The notes beneath the pieces were generated by a model. That model saw only the letters and a list, made by a program, of their open reading frames with translations. It had not been told where the DNA came from and did not search any database. Below are positions 23,072 through 34,791 of a stretch of 47,481 nucleotides of DNA, in pieces. Source of the DNA: Caecitellus pseudoparvulus (Eukaryota > Protista > Bigyra: Bicosoecida); contig CBFFRQ010000010.1 of NCBI GenBank assembly GCA_965644315.1, forward strand, positions 1 to 47,481, read 5' to 3'. The first letter of the stretch is position 1. Each line of letters begins with the position of its first letter. Position numbers and translations under genes: made by a program.

Positions 23072-23286
23072 GCTTGCGCGACGTGTGCCTTCAATGCAGC
23101 ACGATTCAAAGCGGACTCCAACTTGTGTGGTCCGACGGCGTTCACGCCAGCTTTGGCGACGGAAAGCAACCTCATCAAGGGCTCAGGTAGGCACCGACAC
23201 AGCAGTCAAGGCAAACCTATGAATGTCTTGGACCGTGGTTTAGAAAATTGCCCAGCAAACACATCTTGCACAGTGCCCCGCAGACC

Positions 23287-23955
23287 TCAAGCGCGCATCC
23301 ACAACTGCCCGCCGAGCTCCATGACTGTGCTGCCTTGGGGGATGCTGACGCCTTCCTGCAAGGGGATGTCACTGGTCGTGATGTGTGGCCACGCCTGTAC
23401 GCTCAGCTCTGTGGGCTCCGTGAAGTAGGGGAAGCCAATGGCCAGAGTGCCCACGGCTGGAGACTCGTCGCTTGCTGAAGCAGAGGTCCACCCAGCTGGC
23501 GCCTTGCCGGACTTGCCATCCAGGTCAGTGTACTCGCATACCTGCTAAGGGTGCGGCTCTAACAGTGCGGGCACGCAACTGTGCTCGAGGCGTCAGCAGC
23601 ACGTACGCCCATGGAGTTGAAACGCAGACGGGAGCCGCCGTCCGCAGAGTACCACGTCCCGACGATGACTCCTTTCACAGGCTCTGGCTGGGAGCGCAGT
23701 GCGATGTAACCCGCATAGGCAAAGGCGGGTGCTGTAAATGCAGGGGCGTGGCGTGGAAAGGTAAGGCCTTTGCACACAGCGTATTGCGCAACAAGTCGCA
23801 CCTGCCACCAGCAAAGCCACCACCCCTCCTCGTCCAATGACTTCCTTTTGCTTCTGGGAGGGCTCAGCCTTAGCACTGCTGCAGAGACGGTGCTGCACAC
23901 GCAGCAGCCCGTGCATAACACGCGTTTGGGCCCGAGTCGCAAAGGAGAAAGCCAT
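23287..23955 (-). CDS. Small hypothetical protein with mitochondrial-presequence-like N-terminus and one TM (3 exons)
   Basis: MAFSFATRAQTRVMHGLLRVQHRLCSS. Introns GTGCGA...TTACAG and GTACGT...TAGCAG join to GGVVALLVAAPAFAYAGYIALR...SMG|VCEYTDLDG...GGQLWMRA*. Confidence 0.65.
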
Positions 23956-24146
23956 GGTGCGCGGCTGCGGAAATTGCCTTCAGCCAGTCCAGTGTTTGCG
24001 TCACAAGCACCAAAATCGCGGAAAGTTGAAGTTGGTCAGGTACAGTACAAGAAACCGACGCCTAAGTTATGTATTCATCATCTGTGAATTGGGCAGCGTT
24101 CCCCTCCTCAGCTTGCCTGGCAGCCACTGGGGGCCACGCGGCGCGG

Positions 24147-27100
24147 TCAACTCTCCGCTGCGCCACCCACTTCTTTGCTGCCCCACTGGCGCTGAGTGAC
24201 CGCCTTCAAGGCACCTTGCACGACGTCCAGGGTAAGAACACAGTCTTCCGTCGCATACACGCTGCCTTGCATGCTGAGAATGGCCTTGGACAGTTGCCTG
24301 CCGGACCAGCCCTCGCTGTCGACCACCAGCTGCTCGAGGGCTTTCACAGTCACCGAGGGGCCAATGTGAATGGGTGGCGGAGTGCCTTGGCACGTAATGC
24401 CACGAGTCTGGGCGCCTCCGACGGCGAGCGGGCCAGCTCCAGCGGCACTCATGGCCTCTGCCAGGCGAACGGCCGTGTCATCGCTCGGCTCACACCTCGA
24501 CAACAGGTGCTCCTGGAAGTACTGCCACAAGATGCGGCGACGCGCCTCCTTGCCGGGTCGGGGGAAGAGGAACGCCAAGTCCACACGGTCCAGCACTGCG
24601 CTGTCCAGGTCCCCGGGCCGGTTGGTGGCCAGCACCAGCATGAACTTGGTGCTCTGCGTGCCTGTGTGGAAGAGGAGCGCAGACAACACGTTGCGCAGGT
24701 GCTCAGACAGCCCGCCCCGGGACCTGGAACCAAGGAACGCCTCCGCTTCATCGATGAACAGGAGCAGTCCGCGAGGGGACGCCTTGGCCCACGCAAACAG
24801 CTTGTGCAGCTCGTCGACTGCCTGCGCCCCCAGCGGCGCCACGTCGCCTCCTGACATGATGGCAAAGTCAATGCCACAGTTGCGCGCCAGCAACTGAGCT
24901 GCCATGGTCTTCCCAGTACCAGGGGGGCCGTGGAACATCATGTGGCGCAAGGGTGCGTGGTTGCGCCGCGCGTTGGCAATGCTGCGGGCGGCAGCGCTGA
25001 GCGCAGACTGCAGCTCGGGCTCCACAACCAGCCCCTTGAAGGCTGGACTTGCCCGGCCTGTGCAGCACGGCATGTGCCATAGCGGTGCAAGCACGCTCAC
25101 CGCTGCCCCAAGCACGCCACCCGCCACGCTGCTCTCCCGGACCAGTGACGGCGTGCCCAACGCACGCTTCAGCTCCTCGGCAAAGACCGTCATGAACGAC
25201 TTTGCCGCAAAGTACCCTGCAATGATCGCCGCCAGGGCACTCAGCGTACGCAGAAGGTACGTCGTCATGAGCGCCTCCACGCCGCCCTGCAGCTCACGGA
25301 ACACGGCATGCACCGCGGATAGCCACCTGTCCTTCTCAGCAGCGGCTTCCGCAGCAGCCAGGCGAGCCTTTACGTCCTCGTTGACTCGCTCGGCCTCCAT
25401 GGCCGCTGCCGCCTCCACCTCCGCTCGTGCACGGGCTGCCTGCACTGCCGTCTTGGCTTTCTCCCCCTCAATGGCCAGCTCAGTCGCGCGCCGGGCCTCC
25501 TCCAGTCGGGAAGCACTAGCCTCCTTCTCCGCGAGCAGCACCCGCTCTCGTGCCAGCACCACCTCGCTCTCAGCCTCGGCAGCCAGCTTGGCTTTTTCCT
25601 CTGCGCTGTGCAGCTCCTCCTCGCGCTCCAGGCGCCGTGCACCTTCCGCACGCAGCGCCTCGGCGGCAGTGGCAGCTTGCAGGTCAAGGGCAAGCTGCGC
25701 AGCGCGCTCTGCTGCACTTGCCGCCTCTGCTTCAGATGCCGCACGCTCCGCGTCAGCGACGGCCGCAGCAGCAGCATCTGCCGCAGCAGCGGCTTGCTCC
25801 CGCACCACGCTTGCCTCTGCCAAATGAGCCTCCCGCTCAGCGACGAAGGAGGAGCTTCGCTGCCGTTCCAACTCCAGCAGGGCCTCGGCCTGCTTTCTGG
25901 CTTCTACAGCTGCCTGTGCGTCGGCCTTGGCAGCTTCCATCCTCGCCCGCCACAGCTCGGTATCGGCAGTAGCCGTCAAGTTCTGCCGAGCAGCCGCTTC
26001 AGCATGGTAGGCAGCGAGGCGTGTTTCCGCATCCACTGCAGCCGCGTGTGCGGCTGCTGCACTCGCGCTGGATGCGGCTGTCGCCTGTTCGGCACGGGCG
26101 CGCTCCAACGCCGCAACTGCTGCAGCCGCTTTCGAAGCCTCTGTCGCTGCCTGTGCCTGCACGGCTTCCAACTGCATGCGCATGGCGTCGGCGGCAGCTT
26201 GTGCGGCTTGCGCCTCGGCAGCTGCCACTGCAGCACGCTGTGCCAGGCCAGCTTGCTTCGCCTCTTCCACGGCCGCTGCCTGGCTGGCAGCTGCCGCGCT
26301 GTGCCGAGCCTCCGCAGCTGCGGCTTCTGCCGCCTGAACTTCAAGTTCGCGAGCGCGGACGGCAGCCTTCCCCTCCAGCAGGGCAGCTTCTGCAGCGTGG
26401 GCCTCCGCCTCTGCTGTCCGTGCGGCAGCACGTGCAGCCTCCAGCTCGGCAACCAAGCCTGCCGCCTGCTGCGCGCTGGCCTCCACTTGCGCCTGCACCA
26501 GTAGCTTGTGCGCCTCCAGCACCGGCGCCGAGGCACCTTCCTGGTCGGCAGCAAGCCTGTCCACCACGCCTTGCAGTGTCGCATTCAGGCTCCGCTCCAG
26601 GGCTTCCTGCCGCTGCGCTGACATGGCCAGGGCTGAGGATGTTGCGTTTGCCGCTTGCAACATCTGGGCATCGCGTGCAGCGGCGGCTGCTGCGGCAGCA
26701 GTTGTCGAGGAGTTCACAGCTTCGACTGCTCGGGTGACGGCGGCCTCCAGACGCTGCACGTCTGCCTGCGACAGACTGACATTTTGCCGTGATGCGGCCA
26801 GGAGGCGCTCGTGGCGTTGCAGCATGTCCGCCTCCGCCGCCACTCGCGCCTTCTCAGCAGCCTCCACTGCTTCTGCAGCCCGCGCTTTATCTGCCGCCTC
26901 CTGCGCCGCTGCTCTCGCCGCCTCTGCTTCCGCTTGCGCTTGCTGCAGGTGCAGGGTCAGTGCCGTCGCGTTGGCTTCAGCTGCCGCACGCGCGTCCTCC
27001 AGCTGTCGAGCCACCGCATCCTGCAGGGAGGCAGACGCCGCCCACTCGGCAGCCCTGGATGCAGCAAGCTGCTCCTCCGCCTTTACTCGCGCTGTCTCGT

Positions 27101-27524
27101 TGGCTGCCAGCGCCGCGCGCATTTGCAGGGATGCTGCCTCCACCTCTGCCTTTCGGCGGGCCTCGCGCATGGCAGTGGCGTTGGCGGCAGCAGCCTCCGC
27201 GGCAGCGGCAGAGGCGTTCGCCTGGGCTAGGACCTGCTGCCGCTGGGCCTCCATGGCCTTCGCATTCGCCTCCTGGGCCTGCGCGTGTGCCCGTGCCTTC
27301 TGCAGCTCAGCCTCGGCCAGCTTGGCCTTCATGCTCAGCGCAGAGGGGTCCACAGTCTTAGCAGCTTCACGCAGCTTGGCTAGCTCTGCTTCTGCTGCTT
27401 CATGTTTGGTCTGCAAGGCTGCCAGCTGCTTCAGCAGGGCCGCGTTGCGGGCCCCCTGCACGGGTGTGCTGCGCAGGGACAGGCACAGAAACGCAACACT
27501 GCACAGCGCTACCCAACGACGCAT
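24147..27524 (-). CDS. ATAD3-like AAA+ ATPase with very long Ala-rich coiled coil
   Basis: ERVNED, LGTPSLVRESS, PLRHMMFHGPPGTGKT, MSGGDVAPLG, LLFIDEAEAFL, LATNRPGDLDSAVLDR; likely ATG 27524. Confidence 0.9.
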   Translation of the reverse strand: MRRWVALCSVAFLCLSLRSTPVQGARNAALLKQLAALQTKHEAAEAELAKLREAAKTVDPSALSMKAKLAEAELQKARAHAQAQEANAKAMEAQRQQVLAQANASAAAAEAAAANATAMREARRKAEVEAASLQMRAALAANETARVKAEEQLAASRAAEWAASASLQDAVARQLEDARAAAEANATALTLHLQQAQAEAEAARAAAQEAADKARAAEAVEAAEKARVAAEADMLQRHERLLAASRQNVSLSQADVQRLEAAVTRAVEAVNSSTTAAAAAAAARDAQMLQAANATSSALAMSAQRQEALERSLNATLQGVVDRLAADQEGASAPVLEAHKLLVQAQVEASAQQAAGLVAELEAARAAARTAEAEAHAAEAALLEGKAAVRARELEVQAAEAAAAEARHSAAAASQAAAVEEAKQAGLAQRAAVAAAEAQAAQAAADAMRMQLEAVQAQAATEASKAAAAVAALERARAEQATAASSASAAAAHAAAVDAETRLAAYHAEAAARQNLTATADTELWRARMEAAKADAQAAVEARKQAEALLELERQRSSSFVAEREAHLAEASVVREQAAAAADAAAAAVADAERAASEAEAASAAERAAQLALDLQAATAAEALRAEGARRLEREEELHSAEEKAKLAAEAESEVVLARERVLLAEKEASASRLEEARRATELAIEGEKAKTAVQAARARAEVEAAAAMEAERVNEDVKARLAAAEAAAEKDRWLSAVHAVFRELQGGVEALMTTYLLRTLSALAAIIAGYFAAKSFMTVFAEELKRALGTPSLVRESSVAGGVLGAAVSVLAPLWHMPCCTGRASPAFKGLVVEPELQSALSAAARSIANARRNHAPLRHMMFHGPPGTGKTMAAQLLARNCGIDFAIMSGGDVAPLGAQAVDELHKLFAWAKASPRGLLLFIDEAEAFLGSRSRGGLSEHLRNVLSALLFHTGTQSTKFMLVLATNRPGDLDSAVLDRVDLAFLFPRPGKEARRRILWQYFQEHLLSRCEPSDDTAVRLAEAMSAAGAGPLAVGGAQTRGITCQGTPPPIHIGPSVTVKALEQLVVDSEGWSGRQLSKAILSMQGSVYATEDCVLTLDVVQGALKAVTQRQWGSKEVGGAAES

Positions 27525-28032
27525 GCCTGCGAAAGCTCTGCGGTTGAAAGGCCAAGTTCCAGACTCGTGCACACAAGGCACGCCTGTACGCTGGTTGCAG
27601 CGCTGGGTTGATGCGGTTCGGCGCCTGTGTGTGGCTTTTGAAGCCTTCCGTGCGTTTCAGCACACGTGTGCCAGACACTGCCGAGGAAGGCCTGCGGTGC
27701 AGGCTCACGGCTGGCTGAATGTTGGCATGGAGGCAAGGGATGCTGTCTGCTGAAGCTGACAACTGAACGGGGCATTTCAATTTGGCTTGTAACTTTCGGC
27801 TGTGCAGGCGGCGGCCCTGCTGCAGCGAGGCAAACAGTGCTGTCTTTTGGCGGCGGTGGAAAGAGACTGCTCAATGCACGCCGGCCGGCACTGCCAAAAA
27901 CACGCACCCACGTGTTGCATCGCAACAATTATAGTCTTCTGAGTGGTTTGCAGTGCTAGATGACCACCCTGCCGGCGCGCCGCCGTTCTCCAACACCTTG
28001 CGCCAGTCCAACGTCGTGTTCAGCAGCACAGC

Positions 28033-31000
28033 ATGGAGGAAGAGGCGTGGGGCGACGACCCCTTCGGCACGGCTGACATGAGTGCCGGCGACGATGGTGG
28101 CTTTGGTGGCATGACAGACCTGCCCAGTGTTGCTGCTGTGTGCGTGTCGTGCGCTGTGCACGCCTGCCTGCCGCGCTGCACGGCCTGCTGCGCCACCCCG
28201 AACCCACAGGCAAAACGTCGCTGAAACGCGGGCAGACAGCGGCAGCGCACTGGACGAAACGTGGCTGAACGCACACAATGCGGCTGCATCAGGGGGTTCT
28301 GCCCCTGCTCCTGCTACTCACTCCATCGGCGGCACGACGCGCACCGGCACCGTGCGCCGGCGGGCGGGACGTGGCGGCACCTTCGACAGCCTGGGTCTGA
28401 GCAAGGACGTGCTCGCCGGCCTCAAGCGCCAGAACTACAAGCTGCCCACGCCCATCCAGCGCCAGACACTGCCACTGTCCCTCGCTGGCAAGGACCTCGT
28501 GGCCATGGCCCGCACAGGTGCGTGGTGCCTGACGCGGCAAGTGCCCACTCCCACCGCCACACAGCTCCCCTCCTCCCGCCTCCCACAGGCTCTGGCAAGA
28601 CGGCCGCCTTCCTCATCCCCATGCTGCAGGCGCTGGGAGAACACAGCACCGTCGTCGGCGCGCGTGGCGTGGTGCTGTCCCCCACCCGTGAGCTGGCGGC
28701 GCAGACACACCGCTTCGCCAAGCAGATCGGCCGCTTCACCTCCCTGCGCTTCGCCCTGCTGGTGGGCGGTGACTCGCTGGAGGGCCAGTTCGAGGCACTG
28801 GCTGCCAACCCTGACATCATCATCGCCACGCCCGGCCGCCTCATGCACCTGCTGGCTGAGGTGCGGGAGCTGTCCCTGGCCCGCGTGTCACACTTGGTGT
28901 TCGACGAGGCGGACCGCCTGTTCGAGATGGGCTTCGCTGACCAGCTGCACGCGACGCTGAAGGCCGTGCCGGAAGAGCGCCAGACCCTGCTGTTCAGTGC
29001 CACGCTGCCGGCTGCCGTCGTGCAGTTCGCGCGAGCAGGGCTCACGGACCCTGAGATCGTGCGCCTGGACACGGACACCAAGATCTCAGATGCACTGTGC
29101 CTGGGGTTCCTGCAGCTGCGCCCTGCAGACAAGACGGCAGCCCTGCTGTACCTGCTGCGGGAAGTCATCCCTGACACCTCCCAGGTGCTGGTCTTCGCAG
29201 CCACGCGCCACGCAGTGGACTACATTGTGGATGTGCTGACAGCAGCCCAGGCTGCGACAGTGGCGGCCGTGTACGGCGTGATGGACCCTCTGGCTCGCCG
29301 GACACACCTGAGCCGCTTCCGTGCCGGCGCCTCTGTCTGCCGTGTGCTGGTGGTCACCGACGTCGCGGCTCGTGGACTGGACATCCCCCTGCTGGATGCC
29401 GTCATCAACTTCGACTTCCCCGACACCGCCAAGACATTCGTGCACCGCTGTGGGCGTGTGGCGCGTGCAGGGCGCCGAGGCGTCGCACTGTCCCTCGTCA
29501 CACGCACTGACGCAGGGTACATGATGGATGTGCACTCATACCTGGGCAGACCCGCCTCCACTGGTGCTACGGGGGATGTGCCGGTGGCAGTGCACCGGCC
29601 TGGGGAGGCACCCCCCGCGGGGCAGCCACTGGGGCCCCCCGCTGACCTCGTGCAGGATGCGTCCTACACGCTGCAGGACATGACGGCGGCGTCAGTGCAC
29701 TACGGCACCATCCCGCGATCTCTCATCGCGGCCGACGTGGAGATCTCCACTCGCCTCGTCGGCGGCGACCCCGAGCTGGCCCAGCGTGCCAAGAGCATGC
29801 TGAACGCAGCGGATAAATTCCTCCGCATGCGCGCAGAAGCCAGCCGGCGTGCCGTGACGGCAGGCAAGCACCTGTCATGGAACGTGGCACACCCCCTGCT
29901 GGCTGGGCGCGTGGGGGATGGGGGCCGTGACCGCGCCGCCTTCGTCACCTCCCTCTCCGCCTTCCGCCCCGCCGCCACCATCATGGAGGTGGACGGCTCC
30001 CGCTCCAAGCGCGACGCGGCCGCCACCCTCATGGCCCGTAAGCGAGCTGAACGCAAGGCTGGCTCCATCATGGCGGCGGATGTCGGGCTCAGCCTGACGG
30101 GGGAGCTGCCCACACCAGAGGCAGAGGCAGAGGCGCCCACTGCACAGGCGCCACCACCCACCATCAAGCACAAGGCGTACGACCCCAAGGCCCGTGCAGC
30201 GGCCAAGAAGGCCAAGGCCAAGGCCAGGGCAGCTCGGAAGCGGGTGCTGTCGCAGGGTGGGACGCACGCTGAGGCGGCAGCAGCGGCAGCAGCGGTGGCA
30301 GGCAGCACGCAGACGGGGACACCCCGACCACCACCGTCCCTCGCCTCCTTCGCTGTGCCGGGTGTCAGTGTGTCAGGGCTGGACGATGACGAGGGGGGCG
30401 ATGTGGAGCTTGCCGGGGCAGGGGGGGACCAGGGGGGTGCGCCCCCCCCCTCCCGGGGCACAAAGCGTCCCCGCACGACAGCTGCTGACTTCCGAGATGC
30501 CAAGCACTTCATCTCAGCCCTGCCTGAGGCTGGCGTGGATGCGGCGGAGCAGCACTTGGCGCTGTATGCGGGTGAGCGGGGCGGCCCCGACGGTACCGGG
30601 GAGCTGGGCCTGTCTCGCGCTGAGGAGGCCATCATCGCGACAGCAGGGGATGAGGAGCTGACTCGCGCCGCCAAGGCACGCCGCGTGGCCTTCTGGGACC
30701 CCCGCAAGAAACGGTACGTGAAGATCTCCGCGGAGGAGGCGGGTGTGCGTGCTGGGCGGCTGGCCAAAGGGCGTGTGGAGCGCAACGAGGCTGGTGTGGT
30801 GGTGCGGCGAGACGGCAAGAGTCACGGTGAGCTGTACGCCAAGTGGACCGCACGCACCAAGCGCAGTGTGGGGGCAGCAGGGGATGCCGAGGGCGGCGGC
30901 GGGGGAGGGGATGCCACCGGCCCCGCCATTGACTGGCGCAAGGGCAGTCGTGACCCACGCCAGCGTAAGGCTGCTCTCGCCGTGGCGGCACAGCGCAGGG

Positions 31001-31365
31001 AGGAGAGTGGCGAGGGCGACTCTGGTCCGGGTGCCCAGCGCCCAGGCAGGGGCGGGCGGGGTGGCGGCGTGCCGTCGGAGCTGCGCAGTGCTGCGGACAT
31101 GGCCAAGGCTCGCGGCAGCCGTACCCTGCACAAACTCGAGAACGTGGCGGGGGGGCTGAAGAAGACCGGCGACCTGGTGCGCAAGCTCAAGGCAGATGCC
31201 AAGGCCAAGCGCGCCAAGCTCGCCCGTGGCTCAGGTGCGCGGCGGGGCAGGAGCAGACCAGGCACCTTTGCGCCAGGCAAGCCAGGCGAGACAGGCGCGC
31301 CGAAAGTCGTCACGGTGCGAGCCAGGGGCGGCAAGGCGCCACGTGGCCGGCGTGGCAGGCGTTGA
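28033..31365 (+). CDS. DDX54: DEAD-box RNA helicase DDX54/Dbp10
   Basis: PTPIQRQ, MART|GSGKT (intron), PTRELA, DEADRLFEMGF, SAT, HRCGRVARAG, C-terminal WDPRKKRYV / LYAKW. Confidence 0.92.
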
Positions 31366-31480
31366 CATGGCCACGCGGTGTAATGCATTCCACCCACGAC
31401 CCCAGGCCTCGGCTGCACGCAGGCAGCGGGCTGCGGCTGGCGCAGGCGTTTCTGGGCGCGGAAATCGGTGCCAACAAACA

Positions 31481-31792
31481 TCACGCCTTGAACATCAGCA
31501 CAGCCTTGTCGTCCAGGTAAAAGAAGCAGAATCGACGGGACTCGTGGGTCACTTCCGACCCGAAGTTCCGCCCCACCACCACATGCCAGTTTGGCTCCCA
31601 AGCCGCGTCCATGTCCGCCTTGATCGCTGCCACAGCGGCGTCCCCGTCTTCCTGCCACTTTTCCACTGCGTTGATGTGCTTCGTGGCGCTGTGGATGGCC
31701 GCCTCCAGACAGTCATCCGGCATGTCTGCGGGCCACTGCACCATGGCGCCATGCAGCGCCTTCCAGCCGTCTGAGGAGCTCTCGCCGGCCAT
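31481..31792 (-). CDS. Dynein light chain, LC8-type family
   Basis: ADMPDD...IKADMD...WHVVVGRNFGSEVTHE...FFYL. Confidence 0.92.
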   Translation of the reverse strand: MAGESSSDGWKALHGAMVQWPADMPDDCLEAAIHSATKHINAVEKWQEDGDAAVAAIKADMDAAWEPNWHVVVGRNFGSEVTHESRRFCFFYLDDKAVLMFKA

Positions 31793-32096
31793 CTCGCGTA
31801 ACGACGCTGAAACGCTTGCTCTGTCGAGCAGCCCGACTGCCGGCGGTGTTCTGGAGATGCCCACGCACAGGGATAAGTTACAGCAGGTGACACTTTGACG
31901 TTTGGCTGGGATGGTGTCGGCTTGAGGGCGTGAATTTGCCTTGTGCCGGCGGGTGAAATCAGTCTCCCGGCAGTCGCTCCAGCTCGCGAGCAGCACAATG
32001 CCGCAAATCTCACACGCACTGAAAAGGCCATCTTGCGCATGGCGTCCACGTTGGATCAAGTGCAGTGGTTCTGCGCATCCAGCACTGCCGAGCACC

Positions 32097-32901
32097 ATGG
32101 TACGGCGCCACCCGATGCGAATGGGAGCAGCGCTGCTGTGCGCGATGGCGGCCCTCACGCTGGCCCCTGCCGTGCTCGCTGCGCCCAAGAGCCGCTTTAA
32201 CCGGCACATTGACACACACAAGCTGGATGAGCAGCTGAAGAAGGGCGACAGGGACGACGCGGACTGGCACGAGGACACGTGGGACTGGTACGGCACCAAT
32301 TTCCGCCACCACGCCGTGGAATGCGGCGGCATCTGCGCCTGCCTGCTCGCACGCTTCCCCCACGACGCCGCAGGAAGGAGAAGCGCAAGCGTCGCTTTGA
32401 CCCCGATGACCCCGAGTCCCTGCTGCGGGCCGCTCGGTCCGGCGGACAGATGGAGGTGCGCTGGCCTGGCACAGCAGCACCCACCTTCCCCTCGCTGCAG
32501 CCCACGCCCCACCCCCTGCCAACAGATGTTGTTCGTGCACTTCAAGGACGGCACACACACCACCGACGAAGAGACCAGCCAGCTGTCCTCCCAGTGGGCG
32601 GCCATGATGCGCACCGGCGGCGTGTCGGCGGCAGCCTACCCCGTGAAAGCCAACCAGGTCATCTTCACGTCCCCTGACGGCCAGCTGGGCGACGTGCGTG
32701 GCGTGCCACTCCTGCGGCCCGCACTGCCCCACGCACCCCCCCCCCCCTCTCCCCCAGGTCATGGACTTTGTGCAGGAGCAGCCCGAAACCAAGAAGATGA
32801 CGCTGAAGGGACAGGACTACTTCCCCAAGAAACGCCTGTCCAAGAAGGCGCGCAGGAAACGCCGCGACCGCCAGCGGGCCGCCCAGCGGGGGGAGCTCTG
32901 A
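32097..32901 (+). CDS. MESD/Boca-like ER chaperone (4 exons)
   Basis: Signal peptide; FDPDDPESLL, MLFVHF, EETSQLSSQW, VMDFVQEQPE..MTLKGQDY; C-terminal RGEL (KDEL-like). Confidence 0.7.
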
Positions 32902-33040
32902 CCTGTGCTGCAGAGCACCATGCTCGCTTGCATTGCGTCGCGCAGTGCGGTCACGCCTGCCGTCTGCCATGCGCCCGCTCACGCCTGCAGGCCACAGCCG
33001 CCCCACAGCTGCTTGAGCTGACAGGCCAGCGCAATGCACT

Positions 33041-33688
33041 TCACTTCTTCACCAGTGCGTCCAGCGACATGGCCAGGCGCTGCGAGATGGGCGCCACCGC
33101 CGACCCAGCAGACTTCGCGCTTCGTTTCTGCTGCTGCTGCTTCTGCTGCTTTCCTGCCGCTGCGGCTTTGCTGGAATCCTTCTTGCTAGGAGTGCTTCTC
33201 CTCCGCACAGGTTTGGTCGGCTTCGACTGCTGGGCCTGGCCCAGCGTCACCGTCAAAGTGCCCCGGCCGCCAGCGGAAATCGATACTGGCCCGCCACCCC
33301 GCCTGCGCCGCTTGCCGTCGCTACGGGGCACGCCCAAGGAAGAAACCAAGACATCCGCCCTTTCCGTGCGCCTCTTCTTGCCGCGCTTGCGCTTCTTCAC
33401 CTGGATGCCCACCTCCACCTCCTTCGACGCAGGCGTTTCAGGCAGCGGTTGAGGCGAAGGCAGGTCCCCTCTCGCAGCAATGTTGGCTGTAGCCTGTGCC
33501 AGCATGGCCTCTTGCTGCGCAGTCAGCGCGTGGCCCTCTGCGAGGCGCTTGTTCAGGAAGCGCACCGTCACATCGTCCTTGTTGGAGTACACCTTCCCGC
33601 TCCAAGCCTTGCGCGGCGCTGGCTTGGCAGGCGCAGGTGCTGGCGCCAGCACGCTGCTCAGGTCAATCACGCGCCCCTTGCTGGCCAT
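33041..33688 (-). CDS. Hypothetical basic protein
   Basis: MASKGRVIDL...; KKRKRGKKRR NLS-like patch; ends LAMSLDALVKK. Confidence 0.7.
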   Translation of the reverse strand: MASKGRVIDLSSVLAPAPAPAKPAPRKAWSGKVYSNKDDVTVRFLNKRLAEGHALTAQQEAMLAQATANIAARGDLPSPQPLPETPASKEVEVGIQVKKRKRGKKRRTERADVLVSSLGVPRSDGKRRRRGGGPVSISAGGRGTLTVTLGQAQQSKPTKPVRRRSTPSKKDSSKAAAAGKQQKQQQQKRSAKSAGSAVAPISQRLAMSLDALVKK

Positions 33689-33914
33689 GCTACAGGCGCG
33701 AGCGCAGACCACAACCCACGGAATACTTCCCAGTGGTAGCCTTGGCCACAGGTCTGCCTTGCCCACCCGGCTGCACCACTGTGTCCGCAGCTGAGTGTGC
33801 CGCTGGCCTGCGCGTTGAGGTGCTGCGACGGAAACCCGTCGCATTGTGCCAGTCAACCAAGTCGCCCCCCAGGCAGCCAAGCGCACACAGTTGAATTGTT
33901 CAGTCCCGCCGTCC

Positions 33915-34791
33915 TCACTCTGCCGCGGCACCTTGAGCCCCCCCCTCACCCCCCTCGCCCACTCCTCGCACCACGTGAGCTGCCAAGAAGTCACAGATGC
34001 GACTGGCCTTGAAGCCGTCGTAGGCAGGGTCCTCCAGTTCAAAGTGCCCCTTGCCCGGGACAATGTACACGTCGTTCACCTTCCCCTGGCACTCCGCCAC
34101 CGCCTCGCCCAGCTGCACAGGGGAGGTGAAGGCGTCCTCAGACCCCATCAGGAACAGCTTGGGCACAGGGGAGGCCTTGACGCGGGGGAAGTGCCCGCTG
34201 AACAGAATGCCTGCCCACCAGCCGAAAGTGTACCCCATGCTCACGCTGCCCACCACACCGTCCTCATCCAGCGCTGACCCCGCCACTGGCGCACCGGCCG
34301 AGTCCCCCACCAACACCAGGGACAGGCCGTCCGCCGGAGGGGGCTGTGCTGCGCCACCCCCTGCGCCACTGAACATGCCATCCACGTCCCTACGCACCCA
34401 CCTGCACACTCCTCGCACATCTGCCACCTCTGCCTCGCACGTCAGCGAGCAAGCCCCGCTGGAGCCTCCCACGCCTGCGCAGGGAGTGAGCAGGCGACGC
34501 GTGGGGGTGACACAGCAGCGCTGCAGCATCCGCGCACCACGCACCTCGCAGGTTCACCACGACGACGGAATACCCCGCCTTGGCCAGCGTCGCTGCCAGA
34601 CCCCACATCATCTGCCCGCAGCCGCCCATGATGCCAAAAGGGTGCACCAGCACCAGCACTGGCAGCCGTGCATCGGCGACATACACCTTACGGCCCTGCA
34701 CTTGTTCAGGGTTGTCAGGTTGAAATACTTGCACGATGATGTCCACGCCCTCCTCCACGGAGGGCACCGCAGTCTCAGCCACAAACGCCAT
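33915..34791 (-). CDS. Alpha/beta hydrolase (2 exons)
   Basis: VLVHPFGIMGG, NLR|GVGGSSG, LVGDSAGA, KLFLMGSEDAFT, GKGHFELE. Confidence 0.88.

Noticed and set aside
24069-27753. Long plus-strand ORFs opposite the ATAD3-like gene, and similar antisense ORFs window-wide
   Set aside because: Shadow ORFs caused by high GC and Ala-rich codons; no motifs.
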